Shown here in pieces: positions 16,245-30,100 of a DNA stretch of 64,000 nt. The position numbers and the translations under genes are program-made. Positions within the stretch are counted from its first letter, which is position 1; each line of letters opens with the position of its first letter. The DNA comes from Octopus vulgaris. Lineage: Eukaryota. A model generated the notes under the pieces. That model was not told the origin of the DNA and ran no database searches. It saw only the letters and a program-made list of their open reading frames with translations. The stretch spans positions 54,374,001 through 54,438,000 of the forward strand of contig OX597816.1 of assembly GCA_951406725.2 (NCBI GenBank), read 5' to 3'.

Positions 16245-17244
16245 AGTACATGATGACGCACACACATATTGCATTCAACATTTTCGCAACTCCAGATGAT
16301 TCAATCCCACCTCCTCTTCCTTCTCCTCCTCCTTCTACTGTTATGTTCAATACAGACAGGAAATACGTCTATCAATGTTTAACTACAGTTTTACATATAT
16401 TTATACTAACAACATGCTAACTACTTTAAATATTTTATAAAACAGCCTCTTTTTAGATTCCAGAACAGCCTGCTGGGGTGAATTATATTTTTGGAAACCA
16501 CTTTATTTCCTTGTTTTGGACACGATATCGGCAATATTTATTCCAACTTGTACGAATTGACTCGAGGTTTTGTGTTTTTTTTTATAAATAATCTGGAGAA
16601 GGCGGGGCAGTACCCATCATTGTTCCAGCCTGTATTAAGCAGGTTGTATGGAACGTAACAGTGTTGATGGTAGCGTGGTGAATATCTGCAACAGATTCAA
16701 GTCAACTGAAGATAATTCAAAGAGGCATATTAAACCTATCAAGTACCACAGGTAAATTTTTTAACCTGAATTGGAATAAAAATTGAAGGAGGAATTGCAT
16801 GTATTTGAAGTAAAATCATTGAAACGAAATGGCTACAACGATTAGTTCTGCGCTGTGGGACAAAAATATTGATAATCATTTCTTGGAGAGCTTGGTGTTA
16901 GTGCGTAGCGCAAAGGATGAGAGGGAAATATAGATATAACATGTCTGTAGTGAGTTAATGAAGTGGAAGATATTACAGATGAGGAGAAGCTGACTAATGT
17001 CTCAGCGAAGAGACATTTGTTAACATAACCGACTATTATTGGTTTTAAATGTAAATTTATTATCAGAGTAAAGTGGTATTAGGTCTCGAAGCAGCTGTTG
17101 ATATGTATGTACGCATATATGCATGTATGAATGCAGTTCTGTATGTAGTTATGCGTACATCTGTGTATGTATGAAACCTGAAGATGACCTTGACTGGATC
17201 TGAACTTAGAGCGTAAAAATATAAACTAAATATACTAAATGGTA

Positions 17245-17312
<68 letters not shown>

Positions 17313-17354
17313 ATAATAATAATAATAATAATAATGATGATGATGATGATGATG

Positions 17355-17391
<37 letters not shown>

Positions 17392-17699
17392 TAATAATAA
17401 AGATCGTTCCTGTTGTTATCTGAGCACTGGGATACTGTACGATGTCTTCAATGATTGTAATAATAATCATTGCTTTTATTTACCACAGAGACGGACGTTG
17501 AAGGGGAAATTAGCAAGACTAGTTACAAATTATGCTGGGGCTTATATTAAAATCAGTTAAGGAAGAGAAAAAAATGTGATGAAAAGTATAAACTATCCAG
17601 AGAAAGCAAAATACATGAATACACGAATGATGTTGTGTTCCTGATACAGAAAAGAACCGATCACACAACGTCCACGGGTCCGAGAGCTGTTTGATCAAC

Positions 17700-18960
17700 A
17701 GCGGCACAAACCCTCATTCAACTGTTATTCTCTGGCCTGTTGTTACTTACTGTTTTAGAATTTCATTGGAGGAAAGCATGGAAAATGTAAAAGACTTGAC
17801 TGCAAAAGAGTCTGACTTCCGTCCTTTTAGCTTCGTTCACCACACAACCTTTTCCGTAATCACCAGAGAGAAACGGCCTACCCATAACTATTAAAATACT
17901 GGTGGGTTGATCTTTACGATGCGCTCGATCGTTAGCCGAATTTATCTTGCACGTGTCAGTGGTTGTTCAATATTATTCCATAAGTAAGCAATACTCAGAT
18001 ACCGTATGAGTTCCTGAAATACAGTTTCGTCGCTCTCTGTACGTCTAGGTCTGAAAGTGCAACCGAGAAGCAGATTTCCAAGTTTGTCCCGAACTGGTAA
18101 TGCCGCTTACTATCTCTACTATACGAAGAGTTACTGGAAGTTATCCATACTTGTTTTCGGCCCGAAAATCCTCACCAAGAGATTAACCATTTCACTCACG
18201 TAGAAAATTTAGAATTATCTCCAAGGACGTTATCACATCTGCCCAACACTAGTTGCTTATATATTTTTAAAGTAGAACTGCACCGAACCCATTTCTCGAC
18301 TGGCGTAGGGTTGAGTCCATGGGAACATTGCAGATGCTAGGCGCTCAATATTAGTTTTTTTTTGTGGTCCAGAACTGCAGTTCTATCAAAGAGATGAGCA
18401 ATGAGAATACGTGTCTCGCCAACGGAAGCCACGCACAATCACCGTCTGCAGGCGATGCAGCATCAGAGCGTGTCTGTGCGTCATAATACACGTCATGTCG
18501 AGCCCACCTTCCAGAGGGAGCTGCTAGCAGATGGCCAGTAGAGCGCGTCCCTTCTATATGAACCGGAAGAATAGACATTTTATATTAGTCAGATGAAAAC
18601 CTGGTCAAAGCAGGAAACTGGAGACAAAAAACCTGCACCAGCTGCGGATCTTTTAGGAGTAGCTTCTTATCAGCCCATTTCTGAGAGAGGTTAGACAGCC
18701 TTAGTTGTCTGCCTGGTGGGTTCAGACCAAGCGAAGGTTTGATCAGTTCAACCAGTTCATCGTTCAAGGAAGACACGAACTCGTATATCCAGGAACTAAA
18801 TTGCGAACCCATCGACTTGTCTGGATTGATATTTGCTTCTGTCATCGTTTCGTATTTCTTCAGATTGATGTCGACCACGTCCACTTCTGTGGTGTCTGAC
18901 AGCATCACGGTGATATCCCCAAACACTAGCACAACTCACTCGTTTTCCAGCTGAAAGGAC
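17700..18960 (-). mobile_element. Decayed Tx1/L1-clade LINE ORF2 fragment
   Basis: FGDITVML..YETMTEANINPDKS, WADKKLLLK, LISLIELQFW and ALPVRDKL..ESDETV match 45970-47335. Confidence 0.75.
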
Positions 18961-19090
18961 GTATCCATCAACAGCTGCAGCTTCTGTGGCAATGACACGG
19001 GAGCCAATGAGACTGAGTGTGCGACGGGAAATGCCTGTGTATGTGTTTGTGTTTGTGTTTGTGTTTGTGTGCGTGCGTGCGTGCGTGTGC

Positions 19091-19127
<37 letters not shown>

Positions 19128-19265
19128 CCCGTGCGTGCATTTATAATCTTGCTTTTCTGATGTTCCTGCGCAGATTTTAGTGTTGTTGCTGTGGTTGTTG
19201 ATGTTGTTGCTGTGGTTGTTGATGTTGTTGCTGTGTAAGTAGCAAAGGAGTTTTCTCCGAATAAT

Positions 19266-19299
<34 letters not shown>

Positions 19300-19325
19300 C
19301 TAATAATAATAATAATAATAATAAT

Positions 19326-20877
19326 GTAACCATGAAAAGAGTAACCATGAAAAGAGGAAAACTAGTTAAGAGTAACAACATCACACTAGATAAAACCAAT
19401 GAAATAAAAGAATGAGATCAAAGCCAAACTTACAAATACTTAGGAATCCATGAACTAGATAAGACACAACACACACAAATGAAAGAGAAAATAAAAAAAG
19501 AATATTATAGACGAGTTAGATCCATACTAAAAACAGAGCTCAATGCTAAAAACAAGATAATAGGTATCAACACTTTAGCTGTCCCAGTTATAAGTTACAG
19601 CTACAATATCCTTAACAAGGACATGAAATGAACTGTCCAAAATAGATAGGAAAACAAGAAAAATACTGACAGGATCTAGGATGCATCACCCAAAATCTGA
19701 CATAGAAAGACTATATATACAACGTATAGAAGGTGGTAGAGGCCTTATACAGCTGGAAAACTACTATAAAATAACCACCATAGGACTGCAAAAATACCTA
19801 CTTCAGAAGGAAGGAAAACTGATCCAGATAGCAGCAAAACACGAGCAAAACAAAAAACTGTTCTCAGTATTTAAGGAAGCTGACAAATACAAACAAGAAA
19901 TCATACCACCTAATAAACACAAAGAAGAAGAAGAAGATGATGAAGAAACAACAAAAGCTATAAAACAAATGAAATCCAAACTAAAAATAGAACAGCAACG
20001 AGCCATGATAAAACGATGGCAAGAAAAGCCCCTTCATGGTAAATACTGCACTAAACTAAACGCAAAAGAAATAGACAAAGAAAAATCCCAGCAATGGTTG
20101 AGAAGCTCAGGACTCAAAGCAGATACGGAGGGATTTTTAATTGCAGCACAAGACCAAAGCCTCCCCACCAGAAATTACCAAAAACATGTAATGAAAAGAA
20201 ATATTACAAGTAACTGCAGAATATGTGGAGATGGACAAGAAACAATAAATCATATTATCTCTGGCTGCCCAGTCCTGGCTAAGAAGGAATATATTCACAG
20301 ACATGACAGAGTTGGAACCTACATACATTGGAAGCTATGCCAACATTATGGAATAACAACAGAAAAAAGATGGTATAGGCACACACCAGAAAAGGTCACA
20401 GAAAACGAGAAAGCAACCATACTCTGGGATATGCCGATACACACAGATAGAGAAATTAAGGCCAACAGACCAGATATAGTTGTCAGAGATCATGAAGAAA
20501 AAAATGCTTTCTAATTGATGTATCAATACCGGCAGATGACAACGTGTCTCTAAAAGAAATGGAGAAACTCTCAAAATACAAAGACCTGGAAATAGAGGTA
20601 ACTAGAATGTGGAACCTGAAAACAGAAACAATTTCTATCATAGTAGGTGCATTAGGCATGATAAAAAAATATTCAGACAAATACATAACAAAAACACCAG
20701 GACTTACAAACACATATAACATACAGAAAATTGCACTACTAGGCACTGCACACATCCTACGCAGAACACTTTCCATACAATAACCATCAGAGCATCACAA
20801 CAAATCACAGCACATACCCAAGGCACACAGAGCTGCGCTCGGTAGTGAAGTGAAAGCACGCTATAAAAATAAAACTA

Positions 20878-20880
<3 letters not shown>
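19326..20880 (+). mobile_element. 5'-truncated R4/Dong-like RLE retrotransposon, family B, inserted in (TAA)n
   Basis: HHPKSDIERLY..GGRGL, CCHC knuckle CRIC..HIISGC, RHD, ANRPDIV, K..KY.DL and TAHILRRTL. (AAT)n on both sides. Confidence 0.95.
19681..20783 (+). pseudogene. Frameshifted C-terminal ORF (RT thumb, zinc knuckle, PD-(D/E)xK endonuclease) of the Dong-like element
   Basis: ORFs 19681-20514 and 20544-20783 are joined by a frameshift in an A-run near 20500. Confidence 0.9.
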
Positions 20881-20968
<88 letters not shown>

Positions 20969-20986
20969 TAAATAATAATAATAATA

Positions 20987-21349
20987 ACCTGAAGACTAAA
21001 ACAATACCTGTTGTCATAGGTGCCCTGGGAATGATAGCGAAAGGGGCTGATTGCTACCTAACTCAGATACCAGGAAACCCCAAAATGGCAGAAATTCAAA
21101 AGATAGTGCTCATGGGAACTGCTCATATCCTACGCAAAATACTCTCTATGTAATCTCAAGTTTTAAAACAAACTTTTTTTATTTTTTTTAAAACTTAAAA
21201 AAAAAAATTATTTATTAGACATTCACTAGTACAACACCAAAAAAATACCCAAATATATGGCAACGTGAACTTCTAACCTGTTGTCTCTTGAGGTCTCTGG
21301 GTGAGACTTGGAGCCAAATTGTACAAACATAAAGCAAAAGTCAAACATA

Positions 21350-21350
<1 letters not shown>
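20987..21350 (+). mobile_element. Short 3' fragment of Dong-like family A in (TAA)n
   Basis: Matches 38938-39298. Flanked by (AAT)n. Confidence 0.9.
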
Positions 21351-21382
<32 letters not shown>

Positions 21383-21447
21383 AAATAATAATAATGATAA
21401 TAATAATAATGAAAAAAAAATGATAATAATAATAATAATAATAATAC

Positions 21448-21482
<35 letters not shown>

Positions 21483-21503
21483 TTAATACTAATGATAATG
21501 ATG

Positions 21504-21585
<82 letters not shown>

Positions 21586-21601
21586 CAATAATAGTAATAA
21601 C

Positions 21602-21663
<62 letters not shown>

Positions 21664-21865
21664 TAATAATAATAGTAATAATAAAAGTTAATTTGTCATA
21701 CCCCTTTGGCTTCGCACAGTTCTTTTAAATATACAATTAAGTTGTTCTGTGCACAATGTCAAGATCTACTCATTGACTATTCTTTCTGTTATTCCAAGTT
21801 GCTTAGTAGGAAACTGTTTCACAGCTATTTAGGTATTTGTTACTCTAAAGGTGTAAGCTGGAAAA

Positions 21866-21975
<110 letters not shown>

Positions 21976-22419
21976 CGTTGGGCTTTAAGGATTTTCTTTT
22001 GGAAAGCGTTTTTCACATGAACTATTAAGTTCGGTTATTCCTTTTGGCCAAAGTTCATCTTCGTATCAGTTGTGGATGATGTTAAATCAAAGCTGGTTAG
22101 CAGCAGAGACATTTCTGAAGTATATCTTGTTAACATAAACATTGACATCTTGTCAACATAGATGTTAACATCTTCTCAACATGGATAGATACCGATATAT
22201 TGTCAACACAATTATCGGTATGTTAACATTTTATTGATATTATATCAACATAGATATTGACATCTTGCCAACATATATATTGAAACTTGCTAACGTACAT
22301 ATTGACGTCTTGTCAACATAGATGTTAACATCTTGTCAACATATATTGACACATTGCCAGCAAAGATATTAGCATCTTGTAATCATATACATTGACTGAT
22401 CTTTTATGATTACAGAAAT

Positions 22420-22633
22420 TGGTTTCAAATATTGGTCAAAGACCACTAGTTTCGGAGGAGGGAGTAAGTTGATTGCATTGACCCCAGTATTGAACTGGTA
22501 CTTATTTTATTGATTCAGAAGGAATAAAAGGTACAGACGACCTCGTCGGAATTTGAACTCAGAACGCAAAGACGGATGAAATGCAGCCAAGCATTTTGCC
22601 TGGCGTTCTAACGATTCTGCCATTTCACCGCCT
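22420..22633 (-). mobile_element. SINE family A (degenerate)
   Basis: Homologous to 3812-4024. Confidence 0.8.
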
Positions 22634-22661
22634 TATTGTCAGCGTAATATTGACATCTTGT

Positions 22662-22800
22662 AAATACCGCCGAGGTTGACTTTGCCTTTCATCCTTTCGG
22701 GGTCAATAAATTAAGTAATAGTTGCGTACTGAAGTCGATCTAATCGACTGGCACCACCCGCCCTAAAAATGTCAGGCCTTGTGCCTAGACGAGAATAAAT
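22662..22800 (+). mobile_element. 5'-truncated SINE family A (tail type 1)
   Basis: GAGGTTGACTTTGCCTTTCATCCTTTCGGGGTC core and GGCCTTGTGCCTAG tail. Confidence 0.85.
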
Positions 22801-23008
22801 AATAACTTGTGAACATAGATATTGGATATCTTGTCAACATAGATTTTGACATCTTGTCAACATAAATATTAGCATCTTGTCAACATATTGAAATTTTGTT
22901 AATAAAGAAACCCTGAGTTACAGTGTTGTTTTTTGCTGGTGTACTTCTCAACATGCTGGGGTTTTGACAACAAAATAAGCTTAACAGAGATATAGACATT
23001 CACTTAAG

Positions 23009-23041
<33 letters not shown>

Positions 23042-23044
<3 letters not shown>

Positions 23045-24294
23045 GGGTTGGACAAAATAATGGAAACATCTAGCATCATAGCATCATAATTTTGAAATAT
23101 CTATAAAACCATCAAAAGCTTGTTTATTTTTATGGTTTTTGATTTATTATTAGTGTTGCTTAATATGTTTTGCTAAAACTGCTGTTTCTTTTTAGATATC
23201 ATTAGAAAAAAAGTAATTAAAAGTGACAAATCTATCGGACTTTCAAAGAGGTCAAAATATTGGTGCTGGTATGGCAGGCGCTAGCATAACGGAAACAGTC
23301 GAAATGTTTTGTATATCAAGAAGTACTGTCTCGAAAGTAATGACAGCCTTTGAGAAAGAGGAAAAAAAAACCCTCTTCGAAACAAAACTCTGGAACTTTC
23401 AGATAGGAACCGTTGAACTCTTACACTAATTTGTAGAAAGGATCACAAAAGTACAGCTCCCAAAAGTACTGCAGAGCTTAATGACCACCTCGAGAACCTA
23501 GTTTCCACAAAAACTGTTCGCCGGGAGCTGCGCAAAGCCGGACTTCACGGGAGGGCTGCAATCAGAAAACCACAACTTTCGAAAAGAAAAAAAAGAAAAA
23601 GAAAACGTTGCAAAGCGTTAAAAATGGAGTAAAACCTACAGAATTGGTCCCGAGAGCAGTGGAAGAATGTTATTTTCTCGGACAAGTCATCCTTTACATT
23701 ATTTCCGTCCACCGACCGAGTATACGTGTGGAGAGAGCCAAAAGAAGCATTTGACCCAGACTGCCTTCTTCCAACTGTTAAATATGGCGGAGGATCTGTG
23801 ATGATTGAGGGGGCGGCTATATCTTGGAAATTCGCAGGCCCAGTGGTTTCCCTTCATGGCAGAATTAATAGTTATGATTATTTAAACATGTTATCTGATC
23901 AAATTTATCCTATGGTTGCAGAACTCTTTCCAGAGGGAAATGCAATCTTTCAGGATGATAATGCACCAATTCACACAGCTAAAGTTGTTACTGAATGGCA
24001 TGTGAAACATTCTAGTGAAGTCGAACATCTTATCTGGTCACCACAGTCCCCAGATCTCAATATTATTGAACATTTATGGTTCATTTTAGGAAAACAGATA
24101 AGGAGTCGATATCCTCCACCACCATCACTACAAGAACTGGAGATTGTTTTAGCTGAAGAATGGACAAAAATTCCTTTGGAAGCAATTCAAACATACCCCG
24201 TAGAATTCAAGCTGTAATCTACTGCCAAAGGCGGTCCTACCCCATATTAAAATAAATTTGTTTAAGGTGTTTCCATTATTTTGTCCAACCCTTG
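23042..24294 (+). mobile_element. Full-length Tc1-like DNA transposon with frameshifted DD34E transposase
   Basis: TIRs CAGGGGTTGGACAAAATAATGGAAACA / TGTTTCCATTATTTTGTCCAACCCTTG with a TA target duplication. Motifs LSDFQRGQ, FQDDNAPIH and SPDLNIIEHLW. Confidence 0.95.
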
Positions 24295-26068
24295 TATATA
24301 TGCATATATGTTTAGAAGTGCTCTCTCGCATGCATACAGAAAAATATTTAGTTATGCATGTACATACATCGCACGGCATCAAGCGATCTTATTGCTTAGC
24401 AAAGTGAGTCATAGTGTTAGGGAGGAGAGAGATGAGTAGTATTTGTGATAGTCAGCGTTGTTAATTTTGGGTTTAGGTCAATGTTCACCGCGTCGGATTC
24501 TCTATAAAGCACAATCCACTTGTAACACTTCTGTCTTTCTATATTACTCAGGACTACACTGTACGATTAGCTATTCCTTTGTTAAACCGGTAGAGTGCCA
24601 TTTGAGAGACATTTGGCTATTATTTCTACCAGATTGTACGAATGTTTGGTGGCCGTCTGTGTTGTTTTATGGGTGCGGATTTGTTATCCGAACAATATCG
24701 GATATATAATCAATGTATCGGAGTCTATACGCGGTGGCTCGGCCTGCTGGAAATAACAGCCAAATCTTCCTCAAACCATACTCTAATATTGTAGAAAGAA
24801 CACATTGTCTATTGTAATACAAGATACTGTATTCTTATAAGGATAAAGGGAAAGGGGGAGACGGCTGGAATGTCTTTGAGCCCCAAACATTATAACTGCG
24901 ATTATCCAGGGATAATGGTGTTGTGGCAATTATTTATTACAAACAAATGCCAACAGAAAAAAGAGGTTTGATTTGCTATGTAAAGTTTCAAGATAACTCT
25001 TACATAATATAATTCTACATAAAATATGCTAATGAAGACCTTTTCGTTTGAAACATTCGTATACATGAAACTATAAAATACGAAAAACCATGCCAATGTT
25101 TGACGTATTCTTCAGCAAAGACTCCTTCTATAACATAGTTTTGACACTTGATGTAGATGGGTTCAAAGTTGAAGCCATTGATTATATTAGCTTCTCTGCA
25201 ATAAAGCCCTTCTATAGACAGTGAAATACAATACAGCCGTAACTGATGGAGCGAAGCAGAACAATAATGGAGCCAGAGGTGAACTTTTTGCAGAAACGTT
25301 TCAACTGTATTTCAAAAATTGACATTTCGCCATATTAATTCCTCTCAGCCAAAATAAGAAAGGAATAGAATAAGTTACCAAAGTCAATCTATAATATCAG
25401 ATCCATAAATATCTGGAATACAATTGATTTCTTGCAGATTCCACTTTGCCCCCTTCATGTAAAAAAAAAACAACAAAAAGCTTGGATATTTAGTAGAAGT
25501 GCACGCGCACATATGCAAAAAGACTCACACGCACACACATGAAAACACAAACACAAATAAACACACGTAGACATACATACAATGCACAAACGGGAACGTG
25601 ACTCGCACACAGACATAAATTATATATATATATATATACAATCAAACCATAGTATATTTGTGTATGCACGCACGCCGGTATATATACATACATACATACA
25701 TACATACATACATACATACATACATACATACATACATACATACGTACGTACATACATACGTACATACAAACGTATATATATATATTTTCTCCCCTCATTT
25801 ATATTGCTCTTACATACTGTGTCCTCTGTATATTCTGACTGAATCATTGCGTCAACATGTACCTCCTTGTGACAATGTAGCCTTTAATCTAATCAAGATA
25901 ACTCTGGTCTGAAGAGTAGCCGGCTGTTTACATACACCTCACTCGGATTTTACCACTTCTGAGGTTCCACTAGCTATGAAAGATATGTAGCCCATATTTC
26001 CCATACTCTATTCCGTAACTCTAGTACACACACACACACACACTCACACACACACACGCACACGCGCG

Positions 26069-26116
<48 letters not shown>

Positions 26117-26183
26117 TACATGTTGTACCACTGAAATCCAAGTATTTTTTTCATTTTCTCTCTCTGTTTATTTTCTCTTATTC

Positions 26184-26219
26184 CTTTCTGTCGAAGATCG
26201 TAGACTCGAAACGTAAAAG
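26184..26219 (+). ncRNA. Degenerate minimal hammerhead-like motif
   Basis: CTTT-CTGTCGA-A-GATC gtag ACTC-GAAA-CG-TA-AAAG. Stem I is intact, but the core and stem II carry substitutions. Confidence 0.4.
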
Positions 26220-26272
26220 ACTGTTTCATTTTCTTACGTGTAAACATTAGGTTAAAAAGCCCTAATAATCTC

Positions 26273-26879
26273 TGTGATAAATAAATCAGTTTTAGAGCCT
26301 ATTGGCGTCTTCTTCTAGCATGTGGCATTTCTTGGTAGTTGCCCTTATTATAATTTTATAATGATATTTATAAAATTAGATACATTGTATTGATTTTTAC
26401 CTTAATTGGTTTTTACATGCTAGCTACTTGATAGAATTCTATAGAGATTTTATCCTTGATTACAACTGATAAATATGAATTCACTTAAACCAAATTTATT
26501 CACTGCTGAATTATTTTGGTTATTCACACGTGACTGAGATGAACAAATGAGATTTTTAACTTTTAAGTGTGAACATTTCTATATGCACCGTGGATATGTT
26601 ATGTTCGTATGGTATGTATAAATGTTTATAATTATGTACTTTTGGTTATGTCATACTGATGATGGTAAAAGTGGATTTACGTCACTAAAGCAGAACTCGG
26701 TCTGTGGCCAAACATTTTCAAAGAATTATTTTTGTTTATTCTTTCGATTTCAGCCCGTGTCAATGTGATAAATAAAGTTGTTTTAGAGCCTTCTTTTGAC
26801 GTCTTCTTCTAGCATGTGGTATTACTTGGTAGTTGCCCTTATTATAATTTAATAATTATATTTATAAAATTATATACTT

Positions 26880-26885
<6 letters not shown>
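26273..26885 (+). mobile_element. PLE pseudo-LTR or retrozyme-like unit: ~125-bp direct repeat (26273-26390 / 26764-26885) enclosing a hammerhead-like motif
   Basis: Direct repeat is visible. CTGATGA..GAAC.TCG.GTC with a GTCATA/TGTGGC stem I at 26650-26708. Confidence 0.55.
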
Positions 26886-26936
<51 letters not shown>

Positions 26937-27524
26937 GTTTGTGTGCATGTGTGTGTGTGTTGTGCATGTATGTATGTATATATACACACACATGAATGAT
27001 GTTGAAATGCATTAGAATTCTGTAAGGAGATTAATTTACATGGATCAATTTCACAACTTCATGATTTGAAAAAAAAAAGTGTGAGATGGTGGTGGGAGCA
27101 TGGAACTGTGTCACAACTGTTTCACCCTTAAAACTGTTGCCTCTTGGTCTTTCATCCTACACTACTCTTGATAATTTCGAAATTGTGAAAATAATTAAGT
27201 TAAGGTGAATAAAAAGTATAAAAAGAAACTCCATATGAAACTTCATATGAAAATATCAAACATTTATTCAAAATCTTGAATTAAATACCTCTAAGAAAAT
27301 CTAAATCTGTTGTTTCTTGGTATTTTTTTACACAACTGATAAAATTCGTGTTGTTGCATCCTTATATTTCTTTCTCGGTGGTTCAGGAGCGAAACCAACA
27401 ATAATCTGTGGTCGTTTGAACATTTTGACAGGCCGCTGGCATTTATAGAGTGTTAAAAACTTTCGGTATGCAAATTAGGGATCCCTTCATAGGGTAACTG
27501 CTGCATTTGTTAATTATACACTTT

Positions 27525-27739
27525 TACACTTTTACACTTTTACTTGTTTCAGTCAGTTGACTGCGGCCATGCTGGAGCACCGCCTTTTAATCGAGCAACT
27601 CGACTCCCGGGACTTATCCTTTTGTAAGCCCAGTACTTATTCTATCGGTCTCTTTTTCCGAACCGCTAAGTAACGGGGACATAAACACACCAGCATCGGT
27701 TGTCAAGCAATGCTAGGGGGACAAACACAGACACACACA

Positions 27740-27778
<39 letters not shown>

Positions 27779-27834
27779 GACGGGCTTCTTTCAGTTTCCG
27801 TCTACCAAATCCACTCACAAGGCTTTGGTCGGCC
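27525..27834 (-). mobile_element. SINE family B, 5'-truncated
   Basis: Reverse complement of 60945-61300. Confidence 0.9.
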
Positions 27835-27885
27835 TATAAATAGTTTGGCTGCTTGTTTTTCTGGAGACTGTCAGAATGATGTAGA

Positions 27886-27930
27886 CGCCGCTGATGAGAA
27901 CTCAATAAGGTTCGAAAATCGATTAAGCTT
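27886..27930 (+). ncRNA. Minimal type I hammerhead-like motif
   Basis: CTGATGA-GAAC tcaataag GTTC-GAAA-ATCGAT-TA. Perfect core and stem II, palindromic stem III (AATCGATT), weak stem I. Confidence 0.55.
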
Positions 27931-28762
27931 GTTCATTATATTTTTCCACTGAAAAATGGCTAAATTTGCCCTGTTTATAATTATACCATTTGTTACAAAT
28001 CTATCTATCTGTCAGTCTATCTATCTTCTGTCTTCGTTTTTATATGTGTGCATGTACACAGACACACACACACATACACATGATATCCTAGAGTAGACAG
28101 TGGCATTAATTGAACGTTCATTAATGAATCTGAAACTGCAGAAGTTTGAAATAATTAGTATCCAACCCAAATACCTGATTTTACTTACAACTACCATGAA
28201 AAACATTCTTTTTGTACATGTATCATTTATACATCCACACACACATATATTCACTTCTAGACACACACACACACACACATACACAACATACACACATATT
28301 TGCACATAAAACACGGTTTATACATATATAAAATAGATGTTTGTGTGCATGTGGTTGCATGCAGGTAAGAATATGAAACTCTGCGATAGAAACAAAGTGT
28401 GAGGTAGAGAGAAGAGAGAGAAGAGAAAGAGAGAGAGAGAGAGAGAAGGGGGCGCGGAGAGAGAAAGAGAAACTGAGGAGGAAAGGAGAGGGGAAGTGTG
28501 AGCCACAAAATGAGAACTAAGTAAAAATACAGACATTTTCAGGTGAAGTTTCCACCCCGAGAATATATATATATATATATATAAATATATACAAATTGAG
28601 ATAGGGGTTGTAAATGCAACCCTCCATGGGATAACATATATCCAATATACTGCTAGTGAAGTACCCAACAAAGTTAATACATAAATGTTAATGATTGCGA
28701 TGCAATCAATTCATTTACTGTATTATATGGGCAAAGGTAAAATGATTTACCACAAATTACTA

Positions 28763-28840
28763 ATACAAGATAAGAAAATGGAGAAATACATCCAAATCAA
28801 ATATCAATTGATTTAGATGTATTTCTCCATTTTCTTATCT

Positions 28841-28845
<5 letters not shown>
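28763..28845. repeat. Near-perfect 38-bp inverted repeat with a 7-nt loop
   Basis: ATACAAGATAAGAAAATGGAGAAATACATC.AAATCAA and its reverse complement, with one mismatch. Confidence 0.9.
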
Positions 28846-28921
<76 letters not shown>

Positions 28922-29072
28922 ATGCATACATGTATATAAGTGATGGGTGTGCGTGTGTGTGTTTATGTGTATACGTATATATATATATATACGTATACAC
29001 ATATAAACACACACGCACACTCATACTTATATACATGTATGCATATAAATACATACATACATACATACATAC

Positions 29073-29144
<72 letters not shown>

Positions 29145-29204
29145 GCATATATGCATATACATGCATATATGTAAATATATTTGTATAAAATGTAATCATA
29201 TTCT

Positions 29205-29236
<32 letters not shown>

Positions 29237-29439
29237 GTTGGTACATGTATTATGTATGTGATTATATACATATATATAAATAAATACGCACACATACATT
29301 AGACACACCATCACACACGCACAACACACGCACACTCTCATATATATATATATATATAGTTAGATTGTTTGAGTAAATTGAACACAAGATTGTAGAAGAG
29401 AATATTCTAAGAATTTAAAGAATGCAACTTGATAATTGG

Positions 29440-30100
29440 TAGCTATTTTCTACTGTAATACAATTTCTTGTCCTTGTTTTTTCTATCTCTGTTCACTGAC
29501 ATTTTCTCACTGTTATTGATTATCTTTCCTACTGATTCCTTGTCGGAATCCGACAGAATTCCGTATTTTCTGATTGCAAATCAAAGCTGACGTCCTTTCT
29601 ATTGTATTAGAGCTATTCCCTGCAACTCGAATGGAGAGTGTCTTCTGACAGAGCTTAGTTCTGCCGCTGGGCATTACTAATAGTAATATCATGATATAGA
29701 GGGGTGCTTTAATAGAAATATAGTGCTATTTTTGATGCGTTCTATACTTGCTTTTTCTAAATGAATTTCAATCGGCAGATCTAACCCCCTGACCCTATTT
29801 TGCACGGGGTCCGTCGCTTATCACGAGATATCGCCTCATTTCATTAACAGATATTTCATAATTCTTCAATGTACAAATGACACTGGAAGTATTTGGATTT
29901 CAAGATATAAAATGCTTAACGTGAAACGATCCCTTATACTCAGCCTAAAAATCACTTTCGCTATCGAGTCCAGTCTGTTTAACAATAGAAACGCAGACAG
30001 CCCATGAGTTCCAGAAAAATAGATAATTCTAAATTGACCATTCATGGTTTTGAAACGACCATCGTAGGACCCACGTTCCGATGCTATCATTGATCTGTGT
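29440..30100 (-). mobile_element. Possible decayed LINE AP-endonuclease remnant
   Basis: FRIIYFSGTHGLSAFLL resembles the APE S....GVAIL motif. Heavily disrupted. Confidence 0.3.

Larger units (their letters stand above)
22108..22890. repeat. ~23-bp minisatellite (GACATCTTGTCAACATAGATATT) interrupted by two SINEs
   Basis: Degenerate units at 22108-22400, 22645-22662 and 22810-22890. Confidence 0.85.

Noticed and set aside
17170-17215. CTGAAGATGACC..GGATCTGAAC hammerhead-like remnant
   Set aside because: Stem II, GAAA and stem I are too degenerate to support a call.
22108-22890. CRISPR-like array of palindromic repeats
   Set aside because: Units are contiguous with no unique spacers, there are no cas genes, and the context is eukaryotic.
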